Positions 49,688-60,451 of a stretch of 64,000 nucleotides of DNA are shown in pieces. Each line of letters opens with the position of its first letter. Position 1 is the stretch's first letter. A program made the translations under genes and the position numbers. The stretch comes from Paraspadella gotoi (Eukaryota > Animalia > Chaetognatha), in the NCBI GenBank assembly GCA_051294375.1, contig CM119267.1:16220543-16284542 (forward strand). Direction: 5' to 3'. The notes below the pieces were generated by a model, which worked only from the letters and a program-made list of their open reading frames with translations, was not told where the DNA came from and searched no databases.

Positions 49688-52600
49688 CTCCCTCCTTTCT
49701 CGCCCTCTTTTAAAAAGAAAATTTGAGGAGGAAAATGGAATTCGTGCGGTTCTGTTCTTTTCCTCGTTTGCCGATATCGTCTCTTCTTTTCCTTCTTTTT
49801 TTCTCTTCGAGCTCCTTCCACACCCCATATTTTCTTCTTTCCATTCCTTTTTTCCATATTTTCTCTTTCTTTTCCCTCATTTTTTCTTTGCTTTTCTCCT
49901 CTTTTTTAACTTCTTTCCATACTTGGGAGCCTTTTTATTCTCGGGAGACCGCTTTAATTTTTCCTTTCAATTTTAATCTTTCAGTACTTATATTTCGAAA
50001 CAATATTTAACATCGTCGANNNNNNNNNNNNNNNNNNNNNNNNNNNNNNNNNNNNNNNNNNNNNNNNNNNNNNNNNNNNNNNNNNNNNNNNNNNNNNNNN
50101 NNNNNNNNNNNNNNNNNNNNNNNNNNNNNNNNNNNNNNNNNNNNNNNNNNNNNNNNNNNNNNNNNNNNNNNNNNNNNNNNNNNNNNNNNNNNNNNNNNNN
50201 NNGCAATCACGAAGTTTAATGCCGCGATTAGATCCGAAATTTTCTCTCTTGAACATCTAAACAAATCTGTTTTCCCTCAGTCCTACACATAAAATCCTTT
50301 CGGTCCAATACTTTCGATAAACTCATTCCTCACACACTCCGCTCCACTTGGACAAAATCCCTNNNNNNNNNNNNNNNNNNNNNNNNNNNNNNNNNNNNNN
50401 NNNNNNNNNNNNNNNNNNNNNNNNNNNNNNNNNNNNNNNNNNNNNNNNNNNNNNNNNNNNNNNNNNNNNNNNNNNNNNNNNNNNNNNNNNNNNNNNNNNN
50501 NNNNNNNNNNNNNNNNNNNNNNNNNNNNNNNNNNNNNNNNNNNNNNNNNNNNNNNNNNNNNNNNNNNNNNNNNNNNNNNNNNNNNNNNNNNNNNNNNNNN
50601 NNNNNNNNNNNNNNNNNNNNNNNNNNNNNNNNNNNNNNNNNNNNNNNNNNNNNNNNNNNNNNNNNNNNNNNNNNNNNNNNNNNNNNNNNNNNNNNNNNNN
50701 NNNNNNNNNNNNNNNNNNNNNNNNNNNNNNNNNNNNNNNNNNNNNNNNNNNNNNNNNNNNNNNNNNNNNNNNNNNNNNNNNNNNNNNNNNNNNNCCAAAA
50801 TCCCTACCTCGTTGCCCTATATCTGCCTCACTTTTCCCCACCGCTCCGCTTGGCCCAAAATCCCTCCCACTCTTCGCCCGATTTCTCGGAAAAGCCCTTT
50901 TCGAATTTCCGAGCTTTGAGATTCCCTGCTCTTTCCATGTGTCTTCGTCGCCGTCGACTTTATCCCCAATTTGTTCTTTTTTCTTCCTTGGCCGCTACGT
51001 GACTTGGCTTTTCGCCCTCTCCGTCTCTCTGTCTCTCCGGTTGTCTGTGTCTCCGTCTCTAACTTTCTTTCTCNNNNNNNNNNNNNNNNNNNNNNNNNNN
51101 NNNNNNNNNNNNNNNNNNNNNNNNNNNNNNNNNNNNNNNNNNNNNNNNNNNNNNNNNNNNNNNNNNNNNNNNNNNNNNNNNNNNNNNNNNNNNNNNNNNN
51201 NNNNNNNNNNNNNNNNNNNNNNNNNNNNNNNNNNNNNNNNNNNNNNNNNNNNNNNNNNNNNNNNNNNNNNNATTCCCCCGCCCTTACCTTCTACCTCACC
51301 TGCGCGATAATCAGTCACTTTTGACAAATTTCAATTTCCCAACGTCGAATGCCAAAGTCTAAGCGTCTGAATAGTGAGTAGTGATTAGTCAAACGAGAAA
51401 CGCGCTTTCACTATTCGGAGATGATTAGTTTTTTTCTTTCTCGTCAAAAATCTCAATGTTTACGTTTTTTCATGATAATTGGGGTTCAAATAGTGAAATA
51501 TATTTTTTTGTTTTTTCCATTTAAACTCATTTCCACTCAGACGATTCATTAAAACTTCATATTCCAGCCCAATCACACACTTCCCTACCCACACACAAAA
51601 TTTTATTCCAATCCATCCATCCAATCACGAGTAATTGGTGTTTTTTGCTAAGGTGGGACGGACGGACGGACAGACAGACGGACGGACATCGTTTTTTTAC
51701 ATAATTTATCATAATTCGATGTTCTGACATGATATAAGTGAATGCCCGACAAGATTGAGGGGCGGACCGACGGACCGACAAGTGAATTATTATATGCTGA
51801 AAGCAGATCCGACTAAAAATTAGCAGTCTCGTCTATCATATATTAATATTCCATAATCATATTACGTCAAATATGACTGACAGAGGTTTGAAAACGACTA
51901 CTCAAAGATGAAATTTGACTAGCAGCTTTGAAATTTCTGCTGCAGTTGCTGCAGCAGCAGCGGAATGCTGTAACTTTAATAATGGAAGTCAAGTTGGTGA
52001 AATATTTAATGCACCAAAAAAAAATTTTATAATATCTTAAACAATTTATTTATTTCATTTTAGATGTCAGTGTGCAAATTACCCCCATTCCGAATTACCC
52101 CGCACTACCCTAATAGGGAAAGCATTTCTGATTTCTTTATCATCTGGTACTTTACTGACTTTCGACAAGTTCGAACAGCGCACCCACAGGCGCGCCAGAG
52201 GCGGATCTCGGACGAACTTTCGTCATCCAATTGGCAGCGCGGCAGGCGCGCAGGGGAAATTGGCCGTCGCCGATAAGCCTGGTGGCGAAACCCAATCGTG
52301 AAAATGAGCCGAGGGAAAAAGAGACCATTTAATGGTTCCGCATACAATCGGAGTCTTTTTGACAACGAAATCTGAATTTCAATAATTACCATCTTTCTTG
52401 ATCTCATTGGTTAGTATGAAGCTTTCTTTATTTAGAAAAACGGTAGACTATAGTTATCTTCCTCTTATGACATAGTACTTTCCAGGTAAATTTCTATGAG
52501 TTAAAAATACGGTAAGACATGATTTCTTCAATGATTGTCAATCAATCTTAATTTTAAAAATAAGTATGATTGAATTTTTATGGTAAAGATAACTTTTAAA

Positions 52601-55600
52601 GATCGAATCTTCACGTCTTTTACTTGCACGAAACTATCGCTGAATATTCGCTGAATATTCAGGCAGGACGCCACATTATCTCATACAATTTTTTCCCCTC
52701 ATACCCTTTCCCTGATTCTTTTCTTCATCTCTTTTCTTCTCTTTATTTGTATTTTCTTTCCCTTTCCTCCCCTCCTTCTCCCGCTGTCATTACCATTTTT
52801 TGGTCCTACCTTTTTTTTGCCACTCTTCCACTTTCCTCACCTTTTTTCTCTTCTTCATTCTTTCCCTTTCTTTTCCCTCTATTTCTTTCCATTTTTCCCT
52901 TCTTTTCCTACCTTTTAATTATCTCACTATTATTTTCACCATTTGCCTTCTTTTTTTTGCCATTTGCCCACCTATTTCATTCTCTCCCGACCTCCTTTTC
53001 CTGTTCTCCCTTTCCTCTTCCCTCTCACTACATTTACATTGAGCCAAATAAAAAAAATCTTTTCTTATGGATTATAAGAAAAGAAATTAACGGTAATGGA
53101 GGATTTTATTTCAATTTTGGTTACCTAGCAGATTTAATAAATCAACAAATTTTGGCGGAAAAAATTTTCCGCAAAATTATCGATTTTGAGAAAAAACAAG
53201 TACTGACCCTTTCCATTGTATTAAAAGGATGCGGTTTTTTTTGTTTTAATAAAGTCAGTATGTAACCTCATCTTTTAAAACTAATCAGAGGAGGATTTGG
53301 CCTGCCGTCCAATTCTCCTCTTCCTCTTCTTCTTTTTCCTCCTCCTCCTGCCCCTCAATATATTTGTCTAGCGATACATTCTCTCGTTTCTACTCTTCGC
53401 AAAATATACCATTATTTTTCCCTCTATTTCTTCACGCCTTCAATACCCCTCAAGTGGACGCCCTCTTCGCGGCTCGACACCCTACTCCCCGTGGATTAAG
53501 TTTCCTGTGCAAACCCTCAGCAAAAAAAAACAAAAAACGCGGAAATTCTATAAAAAAAAAACTTTTTTCTTCACTAACAACCAAAAACAAACTTAAAAAT
53601 AAACAAATTTACAAACTCCCATCTAAAAAAAAAGATACCATTTTACAAATAACTTAAAAATCACTACAAAGAAATTGCATAAAAAAACCCTACTTTATGT
53701 TAATTACATGATAACTTTCTCTTCACTCTTCGTCAACCGAAACTTGGAATTTTCAAAATCTAAACATCAAACTTTGAACCTGGCAACTAAAAACAAGATC
53801 GCTTCAACTCTCTCTCCAACTAAAAATGGCGAAAGCTAAGATTGGACTTTAACCTATTAAGAAAAAGGAAAAAGAAAACGTTTGCTACCTTGAAAGACAA
53901 AAAAAAAAAAAAAAAAAAAAAAAAAATTAAAATAACTGTCCAGAAAAAACCAAATACCTTTTTAACCCTAAAACCCACGAATTCTGGACAAGAATATAAT
54001 GGATCTACTTTGCTTTGGTGCAGAATACACATATGTCCCCTCTGCCTTTAAAAACCCAAACTGTCTCCACCTCAACTCAAACCTATTTCACCCAAGCCAA
54101 TGCTTCAAACAAGACCACAAAAGCCAAGGCTAGTTGCAATAAATCAACTCAGACAAAAATTCCTAACTCAACCTCCTCTTTCCAAACTACCCAAATTGCC
54201 ATCATTTCTGATTCAGTTTCAACACAAACCAATGTTGCCAAGACTGATTCTCAAATGCAGGACCGACTTACTAACTGTCAAAGACAAAGCTAAGGATGTA
54301 AAAATTCAAGCAGGAGATACTTCAGTTGGAAAATTCCAAGGAGAAAACTTCATTTGCAAGAATCAACTTAAACAAGAAATCAACACAAAAAATCAAGCCT
54401 GCTCTTATCAGTCTCCGGTCAAGAAATGGGAAACAAAATCAAGAAATTGAAAGAACTGGACCCTGGAAAGAAACCTGTGCTGAAAAGATCTATATCCCCC
54501 CTCATAGACGTGTTTCTTCAAGACCAAAGAAGGCAACCAGCTTTTGAAAAACGCAAAAATTACTTACCCTAAACTGATAGAAATAGACTTACGACCATGG
54601 TTACGCCAGAAGTTTGCTGCATTTTTGGCTCCAGACTTTACCATTGCCCTTTTTTTAAGAATCAATATCAGTCATGGTGCAGTGGCATAACTTGTCAATG
54701 ACTGTGACATAAATTAAAAAAAAAACTTTTAATCATTTAAATAGCTTTGATAGAAATCCAATAGTTTTAGTTTGATTCTCTCACTTTTTTAGTTCTGTGT
54801 CTTTGTTTTTTAGTCCAGAGGGAAGCATGACGATGTCATGCCACGCCATTGGGGGCCTGGACATGACATCTTGGTCAAGAAGGGGGACGCAGAGGAGGAT
54901 TTGGCCTGCCGTCCAATTCTCCTCTTCCTCTTCTTCTTTTCCTCCTCCTCCTGCCCCTCAATATATTTTGTCTAGCGATACATTCTCTCGTTTCTACTCT
55001 TCGCAAAATATACCATTATTTTTCCCTCTATTTCTTCACGCCTTCAATATCCCTCAAGCTAATAAATGACCTAAAATTATTTATTCTCTTTATCAAAAAT
55101 AAATGCAAGTCAAAAAAAGTCACAAATTAAAAGTTGTCTTTAAAAATTATTTGTGGCTAAACGAAAAAAGTTTTTTTGATAATTTTGTAGGTGTTAAAAG
55201 CTTATTCAATAGGCTATATTTTCTGTTAATTTCTACCAATTTGATTTATTTTTGTTTAACAAATTATGATAAAGACTGAAACTGCAACTTTTTGACTTGT
55301 TAACTTTAAAATTTAAAATTCATAGGCAAACTATAAATGATTTAAGCAAATAAATTTTCCCAGGGTAAAGAAGATAGGAAGAACGGATTTCCAAAGTAAA
55401 AAATTTTTCTCAACTTTCCTTGGCATTCAAATCAGAAGTCGTAAGAAAAAATGGACAAAAATGGACATAATTTTCTTTCCTAAAAGTTGCCAAAATGGTA
55501 CTCTTTTATTATTAGAAACGGGTGGAGATGTTTCTAACCAATCCTTCATTGGGCCCAATTTGTGTTGTGGCACAAAGTTAATCAACATAGTAAGTAACAA

Positions 55601-55866
55601 CTGAACATAGTAGAAACAATCGTTTTTTTCCTAAATGCAACGTTTGTAACGGAACCTTATACAAACGACTTGCCTTGATAACGAGATCCACTTTGAATCC
55701 TCCGAAACCCATATCGTCCTCGTATTGCCAAAGGCGCGAGTTTGTACTGCATGCACCTCCGGTGCGCCCAGACTTTGGAGGACTTCTCCAACTTGCCACA
55801 GACGCCCCCATCGTCGTCCTTTCCCAAATGGCAGAAGCAGCAACGTTCCAATTTTGACGAGCTCAT
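49100..55866 (-). CDS. Extended-PHD (zf-HC5HC2H) finger protein, PHF6/PHF11/G2E3-like; frame disrupted by 1-nt indels (sequence error or pseudogene)
   Basis: Exon 55866-55674: MSSSKLERCCFCHLGKDDDGGVCGKLEKSSKVWAHRRCMQY /+1 nt/ NSRLWQYEDDMGFGGFKVDLVIK, matching the PHF6 pattern CxxC...CGxL...VxAHxxCM..SS.L...GGF; donor AAG|GCAAGT. Exon 52278-52156: AYRR...CGCAVRTCRKS. Tentative exon 49440 to about 49387 (FHAV[C]...) and an acceptor at about 49133. The 3' end is unresolved; a possible terminal exon starts at 48115. Confidence 0.65.
49910..51470. repeat. Gapped near-identical copy of 57558-59180
   Basis: TTTCCATACTTGGGAGCC..., GCAATCACGAAGTTTAATGCC..., CCTACCTCGTTGCCCTATATC... and ATTCCCCCGCCCTTACC... 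all recur in the same order at 57558-59180. Confidence 0.9.
51600..51820 (-). mobile_element. Possible second HINE-like family fragment
   Basis: GACG/GACA microsatellite (51657-51688), GGACCGACGGACCGACAAGTGA, and an end with small hairpin ATATGCTGAAAGCAGAT followed by GACTAAAAA, parallel to the CAACTAAAAA end of the other family. Confidence 0.4.
53286..55058 (+). mobile_element. Non-autonomous LTR retroelement (1773 bp) inserted antisense in intron 1 of the ePHD gene
   Basis: 169-bp direct repeats at 53286-53454 and 54890-55058, differing at about 3 positions. Flanking CTAAT duplication (53281-53285, 55059-55063). PBS-like TGGACGCCC...GGCTCGA directly after the 5' LTR and polypurine tract AAGAAGGGGGA (54877-54887) 2 nt before the 3' LTR. 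No RT or integrase motifs seen. Confidence 0.85.
53826..54547 (+). pseudogene. Frameshifted internal ORF of the LTR element: basic N-terminus, TQT-motif repeats, C-terminal YIPPHRR
   Basis: AAAATGGCG start at 53826. Overlapping ORF pieces 53842-54051, 54015-54293, 54100-54450 and 54326-54547 can be joined by small frameshifts into about 240 aa containing LKTQT, TSTQT, KSTQT, VSTQT and ending KIYIPPHRRVSSRPKKATSF. Confidence 0.45.
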
Positions 55867-57713
55867 GAGCGGAAAAAGCAGAGGAGCGGCGACGCTTCAT
55901 ATTGCGAGGCAGAAAACTTGTTACCTCTTTCTTGTTAATACGCGTGGGACGCCCACGCCCGCGCCCGCAAACAGGTAACTTATTCCCGTATTGATTTCAT
56001 GTTGTTATATGTTTGTAGTGGAAATATAAGGCCTTCAATCTATTTACTAAAAACCAATTATAGATTTCAAAACCATAAAATATTAAAAAGATTCATTATA
56101 AAAATAATCTAAAAAAGGATGAAAAAGTGAAAAGTGAGCAAATATGAAATAAATGAAAAAATTAGATTTCAATAAACTCCATTACTATAGGACTAGGCTC
56201 TGACGAACAAAGCCCGAGGTTTTTTTAATATATTCCTTATACCGGCCAAGGTAGAATGATGGCAATATTGTTAATATTAAGTTTCAAAAAAAATCCAACC
56301 ATAAATATAGAAAATATTAACCAAAATCTTCAGAAATCCACCCCTTCTTTGGAAGATTTTCGCCATAGAAGAATTTTTCCCGAATCTGACTCCCCACTAT
56401 CATCGATTTAGCATCTAAAGTCGGAAAAAGGGTAGTACATCATACAATAATACTTATACTTTTAATCTATGAGGAAGTATCATAAGAAACCTCTCGTGCA
56501 ATAAGAGTTTTTCAAAAATCAGTTTTTCTGGACATATGGGGTTTTCCTTATTTTGGACTCACTTTGTCGAGCTATAATCCAGGAAGTTTATTGATATATT
56601 TCAATTTTTTTTAAAATCATAGTAAGTAACTGAATATCTAGCATGGATTGAATTAAAATTTATTTAAAACCTGTTTTATTGTATCTGAGTTTTCAAAAAT
56701 TAGCTGAGAAACTATATTGGAAACATGCGGAAACATGAATCATTCTTATTTAATTTAATGATTGATTTTATAACGCACATGATATATTCGGGAGATCTTC
56801 CGCAAATATTCCGCTTCATATGTAAAATACCAAAATGATTTTCAAAAATTAATTATTTATACACAAATCCGAATAAGACTAATTTATAAAGTAAATTTCG
56901 TTTTTTAAGAGCAATTTTCAACTGAATCAGTGATTCGCAAAGCTAAATTTTCTACCACGACAACGACCAAATGTAAGCGTCAGTTATGTCTTGTAATTTA
57001 GAAATAAAAGAATATGTATAATAAAAAGCAACGATTTATGAGGAGTAGAGAGAGAGTAGAGCTAATGATATAGTAAAGATCGGGGAATGGATCGAGCTAA
57101 GGATCGGCAAAGGATGAGGCAAACCGTGCGGACATTGTCCAAAGATCAAGCTTAGTATTTGTTAATGAAACTAACGATAGGACTTCAAAAAAAGAATCTT
57201 ATGTAAATTTTATTTTTAATTTTTAAATTAATGGCTTTAAAGACAATCTAAATAGCATTTAAAAAATTTTTTTAAGTTTTTGGGTAACGAAAATGGCAAA
57301 ATCTACAGATTGTAAACTCTCATTTATAATTTTACTAAAATTATATTCGGAAACCTGTTTATTTAAGAAATCAAAATCTTTTTCATGGATAGTTTACTTG
57401 AGAAAAATGATTTCGTAGTTATAATATAATATATCCACGTTAGTATAATAAACTTCCCAGCTTAATTGTTTGAATCAAATTTTCTCTTTTAAACTTTAGT
57501 CTTACCGTATTTGTGAGGCAAAAATATTAGAGAAAGCTAAAAAAAATGCGTATAAACTTCTTTCCATACTTGGGAGCCTTTTTATTCTCGGGAGACCGCT
57601 TTAATTTTTCCTTTCAATTTTAATCTTTCAGTACTTATATTTCGAAACAATATTTAACATCGTCGACTTATCAAATAGCTCTCTAATGTATTTTTTCTGA
57701 AACAAATTCTTGT

Positions 57714-57806
<93 letters not shown>

Positions 57807-57969
57807 ATCTGCCCCTTCGTACTAAGGAATGAAAAGGGAGATAAGGGCAATCACGAAGTTTAATGCCGCGATTAGATCCGAAATTTTCTCTCTTGAACAT
57901 CTAAACAAATCTGTTTTCCCTCAGTCCTACACATAAAATCCTTTCGGTCCAATACTTTCGATAAACTCA

Positions 57970-58552
57970 TTCCTCACACACTCCGCTCCACTTGGCCAAA
58001 ATCCCTTCCTTGTTGTACTCATTGCCCCACTTCTCTCCTCTGCTCCGCTTTGCCAAAATTCTTCCCTTTTTCCACTCATTGCCTCACTTCTCCCGCTCAT
58101 CCAAATATATTCCTCTTTACACTGCTCCTCTTCTCCCCTCCTCTCCACTTGGCTCAAGTCCCTTCCTTGGTGCCCCAGTTCCACTTAGCCAAAATGCCTT
58201 CCTCCTTGCCCCAACTGCCCCACTTTTCCCACTGCTCTACTTACCCAAAATACCTATCTCCTTGCCCTAACTGCCTCATTTTTCCTTGCCGCTCCGCTTG
58301 GCAAAAAATTCCTAACCTCTTTGCCCTAAATGCCTCACTTTTCCCTTCCGCTCCGCTTAACAAAAAATTTCTACCTCTTTGCCCTAACTGCCTCACTTTT
58401 CCCTGCCGCTCCGCTTGGCAAAAAATTCCTACCTCCTAGCCCTAACAGCCCCACTTATTTCCTCCGCTCCGCTTATCCCAAAATCCCCTACCTCGTTGCC
58501 CTATATCTGCCTCACTTTTCCCCACCGCTCCGCTTGGCCCAAAATCCCTCCC
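57970..58552. repeat. About 58-bp minisatellite (TGCCTCACTTTTCCCTGCCGCTCCGCTTGGCAAAAAATTCCTACCTCTTTGCCCTAAC), about 10 units
   Basis: CCGCTCCGCTT recurs every 58-60 bp in 58270-58550. Units are more degenerate on the 5' side. Confidence 0.85.
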
Positions 58553-58874
58553 ACTCTTCGCCCGATTTCTCGGAAAAGCCCTTTTCGAATTTCCGAGCTT
58601 TGAGATTCCCCTGCTCTTTCCATGTGTCTTCGTCGCCGTCGACTTTATCCCCAATTTGTTCTTTTTTTCTTCCTTGGCCGCTACGTGACTTGGCTTTTTC
58701 GCCCTCTCCGTCTCTCTGTCTCTCCGGTTGTCTGTGTCTCCGTCTCTAACTTTCTTTCTCTCTTCTTAGTGTCTTTCTTTTTGGTCTTTTTGACCGAGTA
58801 TTCCCTCATCCTTTCTCAAATATTCTTAAATCCGCCCATTTCCTGTTTAATTCCTCGATCGAACCCTATATCGA

Positions 58875-58982
<108 letters not shown>

Positions 58983-59574
58983 CCCCCGCCCTTACCTTCT
59001 ACCTCACCTGCGCGATAATCAGTCACTTTTGACAAATTTCAATTTCCCAACGTCGAATGCCAAAAGTCTAAGCGTCTGAATAGTGAGTAGTGATTAGTCA
59101 AACGAGAAACGCGCTTTCACTATTCGGAGATGATTAGTTTTTTTCTTTCTCGTCAAAAATCTCAATGTTTTACGTTTTTTCCTGCTTTTGTTCCTGAGGC
59201 TGAGGCAGGGAAAAGGTATTTGTAACGAGATTGGGGGGCTGGGATGGATGGGGATAGAGATACGAGTTTTAAAAACGACAGGAAGTATGTTATTTGTGCA
59301 ACGTGGATCACTAAAAGTATAAACTATCGTTGAATTACAATGTCTTTTCACTATACAGTTTGTGTATCAGATCTGAAGTTAAGCTCAGCCTATCTTATTT
59401 TTCTATCTGATACGACATTTAAATATAGCTGTTTCTTAATTTGTTAAAAAATAAAACGCTGGGTTTTCACCAAGAATCAACCAAGATTCTTCATCCGAAA
59501 ACTAGAAATTCTGTTGAGTTTTGATAAACACCATCTTCCAGAATTGGTTCACCGGGTTGTCACGAAGACGACAC

Positions 59575-59629
<55 letters not shown>

Positions 59630-60451
59630 GAGAGAGAGAGAGAGAGAAGAGAGAAACAAGCGGTTGTGCATTTGTTTCTTTAGCTCAGAAGAGGGCAGCA
59701 CCCAATCATGGCAGCGTTTTTTGTTGGGCATCTTTATTTTCGCGCGCGCGTGAGGAAAGGAGATTCGCGCGAGGATCACAATGCGAATCCTTGAATTGGC
59801 ATCCAAGTGCATGCACGTGACTTCCTGGGAGTTCCGAACCCCATTCATTCTCTCTCTCTCTCTCTCTCTCCTCCTTCTCTCTCTCCCCCCTCTTCTTCAC
59901 TCTCGTCTCCCATGCCCTCGTGCAATCCTCGCCTCCCTCCTCGCCGCCCTCTCACCCACTCGTCTCTTCTCTCTTCTCCTCTACTCTTTTTCTCTGCTCT
60001 CGTCTGTCATCTCCTCTCTTGTCCCCAATATGTGCATACTTATAACGTATATTCTTATACGTTATATATATATATGTTATACTTTAATATTTGTATAAAT
60101 CTAAACAAAAACAAACGTCCAAGAAATCTCAGGCTTATTTTCAAACTTCTCGTCTTCGACCCGAAAATTGTCTCTTCGCGTACAATAGTAATAAATTCAA
60201 ATGTTGACAGTTGATTAAAATCCGCGCACCTTTTGGAATCCTTCAACCGCGAAAGGACGGTCAGAATCCTCACTCAGAAATGCGTGATCTCGCATTCAAG
60301 TATCACTGGAGAAATAGAGAGAAAGAAAAAGAAGAATGTCACTTCTCATCACTATTTTCGGCCTCATGTTTCTCGCTCTCGTCCCCTCGCCTCTTACTCC
60401 TCTTTCCCTCCTCTTTCCTCTTCCCTCCATCCGGGCGTCTTCCTGCGACAG

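Noticed and set aside
57970-58552. Regularly spaced repeats resembling a CRISPR array
   Set aside because: The whole unit of about 58 bp is repeated with no unique spacers, the context is eukaryotic and no cas genes are present. It is a minisatellite.
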